This document shows positions 49,399-63,434 of a stretch of 64,000 nucleotides of DNA, piece after piece. The DNA is taken from NCBI RefSeq assembly GCF_004010195.1, contig NC_057757.1:47800-111799 (forward strand), written 5' to 3'. Below the pieces are notes generated by a model. That model was not told the origin of the DNA. It was given only the letters and a program-made list of their open reading frames with translations, and ran no database searches. A program made the translations under genes and the position numbers. The stretch comes from Chiloscyllium plagiosum. Taxonomy: Eukaryota. Position 1 is the first letter of the stretch, and each line of letters begins with the position of its first letter.

Positions 49399-50924
49399 CT
49401 GGAACAACAGAAAGAACCATTGGCAACGAGAACTAAGATAACTGTATACTCTGCTGCAAAAAGATTCTACTTTAAATAATCTGGCTTCTATCACGGATTT
49501 GCCATCAACATTTAATTTTTCACCACCCACTCATTCATTCGTCCCTGGGCCTGCAACACATGAAAATTGCCTCTCTTAGCTTTCTGCACCATCATCAGCT
49601 TTAGATCACCATGTCATTAGTTATTATTGGCTAGACTACTTCTCCAACTATTTCAGCTCCAGTATTATCAGGTATCGTCCTGGGCCCTACAGTCAAATCT
49701 CTTGATTTGGATTCTTATTCAGTGCATTGTTATCTTTGCTGTTACATCCCAAGTCCAGTTGGTTAAACCTCATACCAAGTAAGGATGCTGTCACCTTGTA
49801 AACGTGAGCCAGGAAATGCGCCAAACGTCTCGGGATCAAACCCAACAACTAGCCCTGACATATCTCTCAAGCCTCTTTCTATATTAAGGATTGTGTTAGA
49901 GATCTGCATCAAGTACACACCACAGGAACAGACCATTTGGCCCATCTGAACCATGCTGTAGCTTATAATCCATGAGCCCCCCCCCCATTTATCTCATTCT
50001 CTCAGCCTATCCATCTATACCTTTCTCCCTCATATGTTTATCCAGCTCCCCCTTAAATGTAATGATATTATTTACCTCGAACATTCCCTACATGAGCAAG
50101 TTCCTTTTTCTCATCTGGGGAAAGGAGTTTTTTTAAAGTTCTCAGTTGGATTTTAATTCATTTGTGGTTTTATTAGTGACCAGCCTGGATCTTGGATCCC
50201 TTACAGTCACCACAACCCATCAACCAATGGAAACATCTACTGGACATCCACATTATTAAAACACCTACAGAATTTCGTCTTTATGTTTATCAGCCCTCTC
50301 TTTTCTAGAGAAGAGAATCCAGCCTTTGCAGTTCATTTTTCAATCTTTGCTGATCTTTGTAACATCTTAGTTAATAGAGAAAACATCCAAGACAATGTAA
50401 AAATGAAAGGCACATGTATAACCTTCAAGCTAGCTCAGCTGAAATCTGAACTGAAAGAAGAGTAAAACAGAACCGCACAGGTCAGCAAAGTTTCAGCTTT
50501 AATTACTGGCCAAGGCTAAGGCCGCTGCTCTCAGCCTAGTCCAGATCCACAAATTAGTTTTAGAAACCTTGCATTAGGGAAGGGGGAGAAGATGAGGCAA
50601 AGTCCCCCCACCCCTAGATGCTATGCAGCATCGGCGGTCAGGAGGTGTATTTGAAGGAAGGGTAGGGTGAGCTGAATTGTCGAGTTCCACAGCTGTCTCA
50701 GGCTGGATCCGGCAGCAGTATAGTTCATCATTATTTAAATTGGCCCGGGTGCTGAGGATGAATAAGACCATAAGACATAGGAGTGGAAGTAAGGCCATTC
50801 AGCCCATCGAGTCCACTCTGCCATTCAATCATGGCTGATGGGCATTTCAACTCCATTCCAATCACTGACGAGAATGGTAAGGCACAAGTGGTCACTGCTC
50901 ATTCTGATCTGAATGACTCCTTAC

Positions 50925-51057
50925 CTCCTCCGATCCTCCAAGTTCCACGCTCATCAAGTATCGCTCGGCCACTTCAAGCAGAGCGTCCCTCGGCCATTCG
51001 GAAAACCAGTCGATAGTGGTGCAGTTCACTAACGCTGGGTACTGCCGTACACGATTC
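50925..51057 (-). CDS. DNAH2: DNAH2 exon, AAA4 (NRVRQYPALVNCTTIDWFSEWPRDALLEVAERYLMSVELGGSEE); not in ORF track
   Basis: manual translation; ttaaag / gtaagg; PALVNCTTIDWF..WP..AL motif. Confidence 0.95.
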
Positions 51058-51519
51058 CTTTAAAACAGTTAAAGAGAAGACAAACCATCCTCTGACAACG
51101 TACACCACTGTTTCAAAGTTTTCTCACTGAGGATGGCCATTTGACTTAAAGTAGCTCATGCATCAAGGCAATCTTCACCTTCACACTGAACACCTATCTA
51201 TGCTGCCTTATGGTTCAAAGGGATCTCACTTATGTTGCTTCGAGCCTGTTTCACCTACTGATCACGCTGCGACTAGGATTGTGAAATGGGTGTTAGCAAT
51301 TCAGAATGGTGACATCGGGAGAGATTGATTTGTGGTGAGTGAGTCAGTGTCAACTACTAGACACCATCAGTCAAAGTCAAAAAACCCCTCCCCTTGCATG
51401 GAGGGTTAATTGACAGACTGTGTGGAGCTGTTGCAACCTATTGTCTCTCCCAGGCTAGACATCTGGTTCTGCCAACTTGAGCTGACACAACAGGAGAGTG
51501 GGCAACACCATAGGAACCT

Positions 51520-54500
51520 CAATATATAGACTGAAGAAGGGAGGGAGAGTTGCATCTTTGATTAAGGCAAGTATCACAGCAGTAATCAGAGATTAAATAA
51601 CTGAAGGATAATCCAGTGAGGCTTATCCAGGAAGGGTATAGTGACATTATTGGGGTTGTACTACAGGCCCCCAAATTGTCAATGGGAATTAGAGAACATA
51701 GAACATAGAAGAATACAGCGCAGTACAGGCCCTTTGGCCCTCGATGTTGCGCTGATCCAAGCCCACCTAACCTACACTAGCCCACTATCCTCCATATGCC
51801 TATCCAATGCCCGCTTAAATGCCCATAAAGAGGGAGAGTCCACCACTGCTACTGGCAGGGCATTCCATGAACTCACGACTCGCTGAGTAAAGAACCTACC
51901 CCTAACATCTGTCCTATACCTACCACCCCTTAATTTAAAGCTATGCCCCCTCGTAATAGCTGACTCCATACGTGGAAAAAGGTTCTCACGGTCAACCCTA
52001 TCTAAACCCCTAATCATCTTGTACACCTCTATCAAGTCACCCCTAAACCTTCTTTTCTCCAATGAAAACAGCCCCAAGAGGAACAAATATGCAGGGAAAC
52101 TGGGGAGACTTGCAGGAGAATTAGGGTTGTCATAGTAGGAGATTTTAATTTTTCTAACATAGACCGAGACTGCCACAGGGTTAAAGGCTTATATGGGGTG
52201 GAATTTGTTAAATGCGTTCAGGAAAGTTTCCTCATGCAGCATATGGAGGGGCCTACTTGGGAAGAGGCAAAACTCCACCTAGTCTTGGGAAATAGGGCAG
52301 GACAGGTGTCTGAGGTGACAGTAGGGGAGCACTTTGGGACCAGTGACCATAGTTCTATTAAGGTTAAAATAGTTATGGAGAGGGACAGAACTGATCCCCA
52401 GGTTCAGGTTCTAAATTGGCGCAAGGCGAATCTGGATGGACTAAGACAGGAGCGTGCAGGGGTTGACTGGAATTGTTTGTTTGCAGGCAAAGGTACCTAT
52501 GGAAAACAGAAGCCTTAAAAGTGAGGTAGCTAGAGGTCAAGGTCTATATGTTCCTGTGAGGGTGAAAGACAAGGTTGACAGGAATAGGGAACCCTGGATG
52601 ACAAGTGATGAGGCTTTGACCAGAAAAAAGTAGGCGGTATGGCTCAAGTAGAGGCATCTTGCACCAAGGGAATTCCTGGATGTATATAGGGGATACAGGA
52701 GTTTACTGAAGAAGCAAATCAGGAGACCAAAAAAGGGGGTATGAGATAGCCTTGGCTGAGAAGATTAGGGTGAATCCAAAGAGGTTCTTCAAGTATATTA
52801 AAGGAAAAAGAATAACTAGACAGAGAACAGGACCCCTCAAGGACCAAAGTGGACATGTACGTGTAGGATTGAAGGAGCTGGGTGAGATCCTCAATGAATA
52901 TTTCTCCTCTGTGTTTACCGTGGAGAAACGCATGAAGACTTGGGAACTTGGGGATGTTAGTGGTCATATCTTGGGGAGAGTCCATATCACAGCAGAGGAG
53001 GTGTTGGATGTACTTGAATGTATGAAGGTGGATAAACCTCCTGGTCCTGACCAGATATATCCAAGAACACCGCAAGAGGCTAGAGAAAAAAATTGCGGGG
53101 ACTCTGGCTGATATTTTTGCATCACTGTTAGCCACGGGTGAGGTCCCGGAAGACTGGAGGGTAGCGAATATTGTGCCCTTAATTAAGAAGGGCTGCAAAG
53201 AGAAACCTGGGAACTAAATACCAGTAAGCCTAACATCTGTGGTAGGTAGGTCACTTGAGAAGATTCTGAGAGATAAGATATACGTGCATTTGGAAAGACA
53301 GGGTTTGATTAGGAATAATCAGCATGGCTTTGTGAATGGGAGATCATGCCTCACAAATTTGTTAGAGTTCTTTGACGAAGTGACCAGGAAAGTTGATGAG
53401 GGCAAGGTGGTAGACATCGTCTATACAGACTAGGCAAAAGTGAGGACTGCAGATGCTGGAAGCCAGAGTTTAGATCAGAGTGATGCTGGAAAAGCACAGC
53501 AGGTCAGGCAGCATTCAAGGAGCAGGAAAATTGATGTTTCGGGCAAAAGGCCTTCATCAGGAATATCATCTATATAGATTTCAGTAAGGCCTTTGACAAG
53601 TATCCACATGGTAGGCTGCTCTGGAAGGTTAGATCACATGGAATCCAGGGGTACTTGTAAACTTGATACACTATTGGCTTGATGGTAGGAAGCAGAGGGT
53701 AATAGTGGAAGGATGCTTGTTGGGCTGGAGGGCTGTGACTAGTGGAGTGCCTCAGGGGTCGGTGCTGGGGCCATTGCTGTTTGTTATCCAGATCAATGAA
53801 TTGGATGAAAATGTACAAGGCATGATTAGTAAGTTTGCAAATGACACTAAAATTGGAGGCATTGTATATAGGGCAGTGAGGAAGATTATCAGAAATTGCA
53901 GCAGGACATTGATCAGCTCGGGAAGTAGCTGAAAAATGGCAAATGGAGTTTAATATAGATAAGTGTGTGGTTTTGCACTTTGGAAAGTCAAATCAAGGCA
54001 GGAGTTTCATAGTGAATGGAGTGTAGTGGAACAGAGAGACCTTGAAGTTCAGGAACATGATTCTCTGAGAGTGGAGTCACAGGTAGACAGGGCAGTGAAG
54101 AAGGCTTTTGGCCTTCATCAGTCAGGGCACTGTGTATAGAAGTTGGGAAGTTATGTTGCAGTTGTCCAGGACATTGTTGAGGCCGCATTGGAGTATTGTG
54201 TTCAGTTTTGGTCACCTTGCTACTGGAAGGATGTAATTAAACTGGAGAGAGTACAGGAGAAATTTACAAGGATGTTGCCAGGACTCAACGGTCTGAGTTA
54301 TAGGGAGAGGTTGGACAAGCTAGGACTTCTTTCTGAAGAGTGTAGGAGACTGTGGGGTTATCTTATAGAAGTGTATAAGATCATGAGAGGCAGGGTAACG
54401 GAAATGCACTGTCTTTTTCTCAGGCTTGGGGAATCAAGGACTAGAGGGCATCGGTTTAAAGTCAGATGGGAAAGAATAAAAGGGAACCTGAGGGGCAACC

Positions 54501-54730
54501 TTTTTGCCCAGAAGGTGGAAAGCATGTGGAATGAGCTTCCAGCAGAGGTGATCGAGGTGGGTACATTAACAACATTTAAAAGGTATTTGGACAAATACAT
54601 GGATAGGCAAGTATTAGAAGGTTATGGGCCAAGTGCAGGGAAATGGGGTTAGCATAGATGGACATTTTCATCGGCATGGACCAGTTTGGGCCAAAGGGCC
54701 TGTCTCCATGCTGTAGGACTCTATGACTTT
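51520..54730 (+). mobile_element. Long degenerate CR1 LINE ORF2 (EN-RT-3' tail) with a nested antisense CR1 (51690-52080) and a short element (53432-53564)
   Basis: YRPP, SDHS, PGPDQIYPR, QHGFV..SCLTNL, GVPQGSVLGP, FANDTK, WNELP, ctctatga tail. Confidence 0.92.
53432..53564 (-). mobile_element. Short Penelope-derived element with hammerhead core 53533-53560
   Basis: 16-bp TSD atcgtctatacagact (53416-53431) / atcatctatatagatt (53565-53580), 3 transitions; ends at ggaat. Confidence 0.82.
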
Positions 54731-55340
54731 TTGACTCCTGCTATTGCTAATTGGTCTCTTTTGGACCCAGATATGGGTTAAAGTTTGTGTGAACTGTTTC
54801 AGCTCAACACTGGCAACTGAGCCTCAGACATGAGCTCAAGTGCATCATACACTACAGGTTCTGCCAAACAGAGCTGCCTCCAGGTTGAAGTGAAGATGCC
54901 GAGTCCCAGTGCTCAACATCACTCCAATGGTGTGTGAATGTCAAGGTTTAGACTGATGGCAAATATTTCAAGAAGGACTCGTACACCTGCTTAGCATCAA
55001 CCAGAGGAAACATGAGGGGGCAATGGTAGGCATCTATAATCCAAACCGGAGCACTGAGAAGAGCTCCACCATGCAGATAAGTAAAAGATATTAGACTATA
55101 AAAATGGAGAAGTAAAAGGAGAAAGAAACATGCACAACAACAACACCATGAGCTTATTGATCTAAACAATAAGTCAAAGGCATCACAATTCATTGGGCTC
55201 TCCTCATTGGCAGTCTGGAACTAAAGTATTGGTACATGGTTGATGCTGAATAAAGGACTTCAGCACAAAAGTAACACATGCATGTTTGATCTCCTATGAA
55301 CTGATTTGAACAATAACACATTCTTCACAATAAAACTTAC

Positions 55341-55480
55341 CTGAAGGGATCTCCAATTGGACTCATGCACAACACGACATGAAGATTACTACGAACCCTT
55401 TCCATGAGAAAATTGAAGATACTTTCATTGGTTTCAGGAATAGACTCTTCCTTAGCTGCGTCCAACAATGCATTTTTAAT
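55341..55480 (-). CDS. DNAH2: DNAH2 exon, AAA4 (IKNALLDAAKEE...RVRSNLHVVLCMSPIGDPF); not in ORF track
   Basis: manual translation; tcttag / gtaagt; NLHVVLCMSP.G motif. Confidence 0.95.
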
Positions 55481-55834
55481 CTAAGAATGGAGAAAGCGAT
55501 CAATATAACAGCACCAGATCACAGTCTGCTTCCCCAACTCACTGATGACAACAGGCTCCATCTCATAAAGAAAGAGTACGAAAAAGCGGCAGGAAACCAC
55601 CACACTAACTGGTGGGATCCTATTCCTCCGGACAATATTTTCAGTGAGGACTCAGCTGCAAGTATTTTTATAAGTTTGGCCATACCAAGGATTTGTTAAA
55701 ATATTCTGAATAAGAAATAGATTCCCAAGTTTATTAGATGCCACCAACATGAAGAATTTCATTCAGCTAATGACCTGAAAATGTAAGGCAAGCAGAAAGC
55801 ATGGGCTTGCCCACTCCGCTGTGTACACACACAC

Positions 55835-56525
55835 ACTGTCGGAGGGTCAGCACTGAGGGAGCACCGCACTGTTGGAGGGTCAGTGCTGAGGGAGTGGGCA
55901 CTGTCGGAGGGTCAGCGCTGAGAGAGCGCCGCACTGTCGGAGGGTCAGTGCTGAGGGAGTGCTGCACTGTCGGAGGGTCAGTGCTGAGGGAGCACCGCAC
56001 TGTTGGAGGGTCGGTGCTGTGGGAGTGCTGCACTGTCGGAGGGTCAACGCCAAAGCAGCACTTCACTGTCAGAAGGTCAGCACTGAGGGTGCACCGCACT
56101 GTTGGAGGGTCAGCGCCAAAGCAGCACTTTACTGTCGGAGGGTCAGCACTGAGGGAGCACCGCACTGTCGGAGGGTCAGTGCTGAGGGAGCACCGCACTG
56201 TTGGAGGGTCAGTGCTGTGGGAGTGCTGCACTGTCGGAGGGTCAACGCCAAAGCAGCACTTCACTGTCGGAGGGTCAGTGCTGAGGGAGTAGGCACTGTC
56301 AGAGGGTCAGCGCTGAGGGAGTGCCGCACTGTCAGAGGGTCAGTGCTAAGGGAGTGCTGCACTGTTGGAGGGTCTGCGCTGTGGGAGTGCTGCACTGTCG
56401 GAGGGTCGGAGTTGTGGGAGTGCTGCACTGTCGGAGGGTCAGAACTGAGGGAGTGCTGCACTGTCGGAGGGTCAGAGCTGAGGGAGGGCTGCACTGTCGG
56501 AGGGTCTGTGCTGTGGGACTGCAGT
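55835..56525 (+). repeat. 33-bp minisatellite array 3
   Basis: same unit as array 1. Confidence 0.95.
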
Positions 56526-56859
56526 ACCAGCGGACGGCATTCCTGACAGATAAATCAACAGGGAAGGAACACAACATTTCCGACAGTGAAGACATGTAAC
56601 CTGGCTGTAATTTGGAGAGACTAAATTCTGTGTTTTTTGTATATGATATGACTTGTTTTGATTGAAACAGCATACCATTAAAATCTTGTGTTATTCGAGC
56701 ATAGTCAGTAGTTAGAGGAAATTGATTCAATTTGTTACTAGTTTTGTTAATTTTGTTAATTTGTTCACTTTTAGAGTTAGATAAATAAATCGCTACTTGT
56801 TGGTTTTGAAGTATCAGGGATTTATTTTATTTCATCACCAGAAGTTGCTGAAGAGCAGG

Positions 56860-57170
56860 TTAGATTAGATTCCCTACAGTTTGGAAACAGGCCATTCGGC
56901 CCAACAAGTCCACAGTGACCCTCTGGAGAGTAATCCACCCAGACCCATTCCCCTACCCTACATTTACCCCTGACTAATGCACCTAGCATGGCCAATTCAC
57001 CTGACTTGTACATCTTTGGACTGTGGGAGGAATCCAGAGCACCCGGAGGAAACCCACGCAGACACAGGGAGAATGTGCAAACTCCACACAGACGGTCACC
57101 TGAGGCGGGAATCAAACCTGGGTCACTGGTGCTGGGAGGCAGCAGTGCTAACCACTGAGCCACCGTGTCA
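56860..57170 (-). mobile_element. tRNA-derived SINE (HE1/V-SINE-like)
   Basis: A box tggctcagtgg and B box ggtttgattcc on - strand; aatct-repeat tail. Confidence 0.85.
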
Positions 57171-57710
57171 CCCCAAAAACTGGTTACACCAGTTTTCACA
57201 CTTGTTTTACAGATTTTAGGGTGAGGTGCTCCTCTTTGGATGTTTTGGTTTTTGTTCTCAGACAGGGGTCAACTTCTGCTTTATAACAATAGTGAAACCT
57301 TCTGGGTTGGCGACTGGAGAAGGAGCATAGGGAAAATGAAATTCTCACCCTGAACTGAAGCCCCAGCCCACCCCACTCCACTCACTGGGTGAACTCTCTC
57401 AATGACAGAAGAACTGCTGCATTCATTGGGGTTAACTTCCGGTTGCTACATTACAACAACATAGGCCTTTCCAAAGTAGTACTTCATTGGTGTTGGAATG
57501 TTCTGAGGCTGTGATTATCACCTTAAAAATGCAGTTCTTTCAATCACACTCTGGGAGATTGACAATTGATTCTTCATGGAACAATGGATTCCGGCAAAGA
57601 ATGTTTTAGACATCAATCTTTCAACAATACAGAGATTGTTTTGTGTGCATTGAGCCATTAGACAAGAAGATTTAAAACAACCGACCTTACGACTGAGCCC
57701 AGTTACTCAC

Positions 57711-57871
57711 TTCTTCAAACTCATCTGCTTTGAACAGGTTTGGAACTTCTCCAGAACTCAGGATGTTATTAATATCTTCCAAAAAGGATTCTTCAACCAA
57801 CTGGGTGTCCGTAAACAGGAACACTGTTGGGTTATTTGAAACTCCAGCTTCACGGTAGATTTTCTTTAAAT
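57711..57871 (-). CDS. DNAH2: DNAH2 exon, AAA4 (LKKIYREAG...FLEDINNILSSGEVPNLF...EE)
   Basis: ttatag / gtgagt; FLEDINNIL.SGEVPNLF motif. Confidence 0.96.
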
Positions 57872-58469
57872 CTATAAAAGTACAGTTGGGTTCAGTTGAC
57901 ATCAATGTTTTTGATACACTCAGTCTCCACTTCCACTCCTCAAATTGTGAAGTGCTAGGTACCACCTGCCCATGAGTCTATTCGCTCGTGTGCACTAGAC
58001 CATGGAGATGACTACAGTTCCCCATTCAGCTGGAGAACTTCCCACTTCAGCTCCTTCTCCTGCCTCCTGCTCCATTCCACGTGGTAAATAATGGGGCCTC
58101 AAAGGTTTGATCGACAGATCTGGAATCTATCTTGTTTCAGCTTGGTTGACTGAAAGAAACTTTAGTTCTGTGAAGATCATACAACAGAGCTTTGCTTGTA
58201 ATAAAGAGAAGGATACAGTGACTCAGGTCCATAGAGTGATGAGTTAGTGTCAGTTCCAGACCGGATAAAAACCCAGAAGTGATTACTTAAGCAGAATGCC
58301 ATGAAGCTCAAACTTATGATAGCTCCAGGAAGAATTGAATACAGTTCCCGTTTAAAACTTGAAGTCCAAAATGATGTACACCTACCAAGATATCAGATAT
58401 CAGGCTTCTGGTCTGAGTGGTGTTTTGAATACTGGGCCAGGAGAGGTGTTTTGAGTACCACGTCAGGAC

Positions 58470-58760
58470 TCAGTCATAGAGTCAAAGAGATGTACAGCAT
58501 GGAAACAGACTCTTCAGTCCAACTCGTCCACGCCGCCCAGATATCCCAATCTAATCTAGTCCCATTTGGCAGCACTTGGCCCATATCCCTCCAAACCCTG
58601 CCTATTCATATACTCATCCAGATGCCTTTAAAATGCTGTAATTATACCAGCCTCTACCACTTCCTCTGGCAGCTCATTCCATAAACACACCACCGTGTGT
58701 GTGAGAAAGTTGCCCCTTTTATATCTTTCTGCTCTCACCTTAAACCTATGTCCTCTAGCT
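58470..58760 (-). mobile_element. CR1-type LINE 3' tail
   Basis: matches the other CR1 tails in the window. Confidence 0.85.
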
Positions 58761-59484
58761 CTATTTTGTTCCTTTTCAATTTATAAAGGAGTATTTTGGG
58801 ATCATACCTTTACTTTTGGGATAATACCTTTACTGCGTGCTTCAGATCTTTACGTTTGCATTATGAAGGGATTGTTTGGATTGTTCTACTTTATCTACAT
58901 TCCTTTTGTAATGAAATTCCTTTTCATTGTTAAAGCCAATCTGCATTATTGCGTGCCTGTGGTTCAGTGAGAGACCACTTCCTTCAAACCTAAACAAATC
59001 AAATGGTCAAGTCAGCCTCCAGTCTGGAATCTGATTGTCTGGTAACACCATCAGTTAAGGTCAAAACACTGTCTTTCCGTCAGAAAACCAGTTCCATCTG
59101 CACCAGAATTGTGTTTTAATGTGCATTAAAAAGTTGATTAAAAATATTTACAAATTCATTTTGCTGTTTGGACCCAATCCCATCTTAACCCACATGCCAC
59201 GGTCATCACTAATCAAGAACTAGAGTTTATACAATCCAAAAACAGCCTGGTCAACATTACCATCTTTTCCTAGTTGGCATTAACTGACATAGTGCTTGTT
59301 AAGATTGGTCTGTATCAAGTTGTTGGTACATTCAGCCACAAAGCTTTTTTTGAATGGGTTGGCAGGGGTGGGGGAAGGTATTGTCCTAAGCTGGGGGAAG
59401 GTATGGTTTCTATATCAAGCATTTACATTGAGAAATAAGATGAGGACAGGAAGCAGATTAATACACTAAAACATCTCGACCTAC

Positions 59485-59652
59485 CTTCTCTGAACTCCAG
59501 CTTGCGGTACACCTTAGTAACTTCGATTTGATAGGTATTGTAGTCAGAGATGAAGGCAGACAGCTGAGATAGGCTCTGCCGTCCACTTCCCCCGATCCCA
59601 ACCAACAGCATGTTGCCACGTGGCTGACTAATCACACGGATAATCCGCGTCA
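59485..59652 (-). CDS. DNAH2: DNAH2 exon, AAA4 Walker A (GNMLLVGIGGSGRQSL)
   Basis: actcag / gtaggt; phases 1-1. Confidence 0.96.
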
Positions 59653-59769
59653 CTGAGTAAGGATGGAAAAATGAGAACACAAATTCAACCAGGCTGGCTG
59701 AGGTTCAACAGAGATGTAACAGCCCACCCTTTTGGGATACAACGTGAGACCTGAGCTGCACAGAACATT

Positions 59770-61530
59770 CCAATACCGTTTCCTTAATGATTAATACCAT
59801 TTCCTCAAAGATCTGTTCCCTCCTGCACTCAAATCCTCCTGTGTTACTGTTTACCTTCCCAATTACTGTACTTGCTGCAGCTGCAGGCTAGTAACTTTTG
59901 AACAAGGAATTCTAGGTGCCTTTGGACACCAACATTTTCCAATCTCTCACCATTCAAGAAACACTCTATACCTTTGTTCCTCCTGCCAAAGTGGGTAACC
60001 GTTAGATTCCATTTACCATGCTCTTGCCCAACCACTTAACCCATCTAAATCCCCTTGAAGCCTTTACATTCTGCATAGCTCGCATTCTCACCAGGTTTTG
60101 GAAATATTACAATTGCTTCCACACATCCAAGTGGTTGATAAAGATTGTGAAGGATATAACTCAACACAGGCTGGTATCTCATCAGCCTTTATTTGCATAT
60201 GGAATGTCATTGACAGTGATCCAGCTCCCTCAGAGCAAGCTCCCAGAGTGAACCGGATCTCTGACACACCGGTCAGCCAGGGCTCCCTGCTTGGCCACCA
60301 CAGGAGTGGGGGCTAACATCCCCCACCAGGGAGCTCATATGCTATGGCTGACCTTGTTATAATCACTGCAGTGATCAGGCCCAAGTACTGATCCTTATGG
60401 CACCTGAATGGTCACAGCCTGCAAATGCAATAATTATCCATTTATCCCTACTCTCTGTTTCCAATCCATGCTAGAGCATTGTCCATAATCCCACGCATTT
60501 TAATTGTTTATTAAATTGCTATGTGGGCCTTGATTAATAGCCTTCTGAAAACCCATATCAGCCAGTTCTCACTTATCGGTTATACTCATAAAATGCTCAA
60601 AAAACTATCAGGTTTGTCAAACGTGATTTCTTCTCCATAAATCCTCATTGGCTAATATTCAGAAAACAAATTTCTAAATATCCGATGATCACACCTTTAT
60701 TAACACGTTCCCATCAAGCTAACAGATCTATACTCCCCTGCTTTCTCACTCCCTCCTTTCTTAAACAGTAGGATTGCCTTTGTAGCTTTCCAATCTGCAT
60801 ATACTGTTGTAGAACTCAGAATTTTGAAAGATGATCACCAATGCATTGCAGTCTATGTCTTTCTGAAAATGTGTTGCTGAAAAAGCGCAGCAGGTCAGGC
60901 AGCATCCAATGAGCAGGAGAATTGACGTTTCGGGCATGAGCCCTTCTAGCGTCGATTCTCCTGTTCCCTGGATGCTGCCTGACCTGCGGCGCTTTTCCAG
61001 CAACACATTTTCAGCTCTGATCTCCAGCATCTGCAGTCCTCCCTTTCTCCTAGTCTATCTCTTTCACCAACATAACCCACTGCATTCCATTATCAACTTT
61101 TTCAGTCTAATTAAATTCTCCAGTGCTTTTTTTTTTGTTTTACTAACACTAATTTCTTTCGGTTCCAAACTCTCACTGAATCCTCGATTCTTAATTATTT
61201 CAAAAAGGATTTTTGTGGCTCTGTGCGTGAAGATGAACACAAAGTGCTTATTTAGTTCTCTGCCATTTCACACTTCCCTATTTTAATTCTTTTGCCCCTG
61301 TTAAAGATGTACCCAGATTACTCTTGCTAATCGTTTCCTTTTTACACACCTTTAGAAGCTTTTCCAACCCATTTTTATGTTTTCTGCTATTTTATTCTAT
61401 TCTCTCTTTCTTTATTAGTTTCTTGGTGATCCTTTGCGAAATTCTAAAGTTCTCCCAATCGTCAGGCTTCCAACAATTTTTGTCAACTTTAGACCATCCT
61501 CCTTTGGTCTAATACTCTCTTTAACTTCTA
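59770..61530 (-). mobile_element. Old CR1-type LINE fragments with nested insertions
   Basis: decayed RT-region sequence; interrupted at 60864-61051. Confidence 0.6.
60864..61051. mobile_element. Fold-back short Penelope-derived element
   Basis: inverted arms around a partial hammerhead (gacgtttcgggcatgagcccttc); 14-bp TSD agtctatgtctttc (60850-60863) / agtctatctctttc (61052-61065). Confidence 0.82.
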
Positions 61531-61952
61531 AGGGGAGGCATTAGCATGGTGATACTGTCACTAGACAAGGGGAGGTATCTAGGAAATAATCCAGATTAAG
61601 CATTATATCCCCTCACACTATGGCAGACAATGAAATTTGATTTCAATGTAAATAATAAGAATAGGGAATAAAAAGCTACCCTAATAGCAACTACAACTGA
61701 TTGTCATAAAACCCCGTCTAGCCCTTTGGAGGAGGAAACCTGTTGTTCTTACAGTGACTCCAAATCCACACCAATGCGGTTGATTCAGCTGTCCACTGGG
61801 CAATCTGGGACAGGCAATAAATGCTACAGAAAACCAACTTGAAGACATTATTCTCAGACATACATCTAGCCATCTGGTCCAGGATCATAACAACTTGCTC
61901 ATACAAGTATGCAAAGTGGTGCAAGGCGCTGGAATCATTTTACAATATTTAC

Positions 61953-62099
61953 CGTGTTCGATAGCATCTTTGAAGAGGACAAGGCTCATCGGCACCACCC
62001 CAGGAGTGGAGTTATACTCATTCAGCTGGTGCTCCATGTACATTTTCAGGGCCTTGAAGTTTGTTAGGTCTTCGTATACATCTCCCCGCATGAAGTCAC
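61953..62099 (-). CDS. DNAH2: DNAH2 exon (DFMRGDVYEDL...MSLVLFKDAIEH)
   Basis: caccag / gtaaat; LVLF.DAIEH motif preceding AAA4. Confidence 0.95.
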
Positions 62100-62261
62100 C
62101 TGGTGAAAAGAAAAAAAAGAGAGGCAGACCCTCTAGGTTAAAACAGGCCTCCCTTGTAGATGATCCCTGTCCTGATCCAAAGTTAATCTTTGAATATGCC
62201 CATCACAATTCCAAGTAATGCCCTTTAAAGCTGTGCATTTTGTTACCCTTGTGAAGTAAGA

Positions 62262-62470
62262 GGGTTGGTTAGCTTGGATGGTTGGTTTGCAATGCAGAGT
62301 GACACCAACAGTGTGGGTTCAATTCCTGCACTGGCTGAGGTTACCATGCAGAAATCTCTTTCTCAACCTCTCCTCTCGCCTGAGGCTGGTGACCTTCAGG
62401 TTAAACCACCACAAGTCTCCTCTCTTTAATAAGAGATGCAGCCCTAAGGGCTGGTAAGACTATGGTGACT
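62262..62470 (+). mobile_element. tRNA-derived SINE of a second family
   Basis: ttagcttggatgg A-box-like and gggttcaattcc B box. Confidence 0.55.
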
Positions 62471-62838
62471 TGACCTTCCCTTACACAGTAGGTATTATAT
62501 TTGTTGCTTAGAGGTCAAACAACATATAACAACAAGTCAGCAGCTAATCTTGCAATAGTAAGAAAGGTCACCATCCTGAGTTTAATAACCTGACCTCTTC
62601 CCATGAGGATGTTCATATTAGATTGTTTTTCCTTTGGGATTAGTAACTTTAGAAAGCAGAGACCAAATTCAACATAGATTATAAAAAACACCTGTACATC
62701 ATAAAGGATGATGTGACACATCGCTATCTGAGATTTCACATTCTCACTAGGGAGAAAATGACATGATATTCCTGAGACAGAGAAAGCTCTCTTTATTCTT
62801 GTACAATTTTGTTTTGAATATTGTATAGCCATTCTTAC

Positions 62839-62969
62839 CAAAGATGGGTGACTGCTTATTTGGGCAGAGGCTGTGGAAGGTCATATCCAAGAAAGTGCCT
62901 AGTTTCTCGTTCAGCAAGGTCACAAACAGTTCCATGTCCTTATGTTCCACAAACCGATCAGAAAATACC
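62839..62969 (-). CDS. DNAH2: DNAH2 exon, AAA3 lid (VFSDRFVEHKDMELF...KQSPIF)
   Basis: atgcag / gtaaga; RVF.DR motif. Confidence 0.92.
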
Positions 62970-63434
62970 CTGCATCGATGAGACACAAGAAGTTGGCTTT
63001 GAAATCAATTACCTTGGGGATACAGTAACACAGTGATTGTGTCACAGAGATCGTAGTCTAAAGATTAATGACCCAGAGATACAAGTTCAAAACTGGGGAA
63101 TTCAAAATGCTATCAATGAAATGCAAGTAGAGTAAAAAGCTAGCATGAATAATGGCAACCCCGAAACCACCAGATTGTCAAACAATCTATCTGGCTCATA
63201 ATCATGTTTATGAACTTTTCTCCTTATTCTGTCTGCTCTATGGTTTCGGATAGCAAGGTAGTTGATACTTTAACTCTCTGAATTTGCCAACAAGAAACTA
63301 AAGCATGTGTACAGCTTGCCACCATCTTCCCAATAGCAATTAGGAAAGGGAAATAAATGCTATTCATTGCAGTGATGCTTCCATTACAAAACTGATTCAG
63401 AATAAAAAAGCTTTCAAAGGGTTGGGGGAGAGCA

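Noticed and set aside
59570..59610. AAA4 Walker A reads GSGRQS rather than GSGK
   Set aside because: The AAA4 P-loop of axonemal dyneins is commonly degenerate, and I recall GSGRQS from DNAH2 orthologues; it is not evidence of pseudogenisation.
60145..60370. Possible small solo LTR inside the CR1 fragment
   Set aside because: It looks like an insertion, but I could not define the termini or TSD with confidence.
26301..62969. A second, convergent dynein paralog or a trans-spliced gene
   Set aside because: The two exon sets are non-overlapping, complementary parts of one DNAH2-like protein, and the strand switch coincides with a placeholder gap; mis-orientation is more parsimonious.
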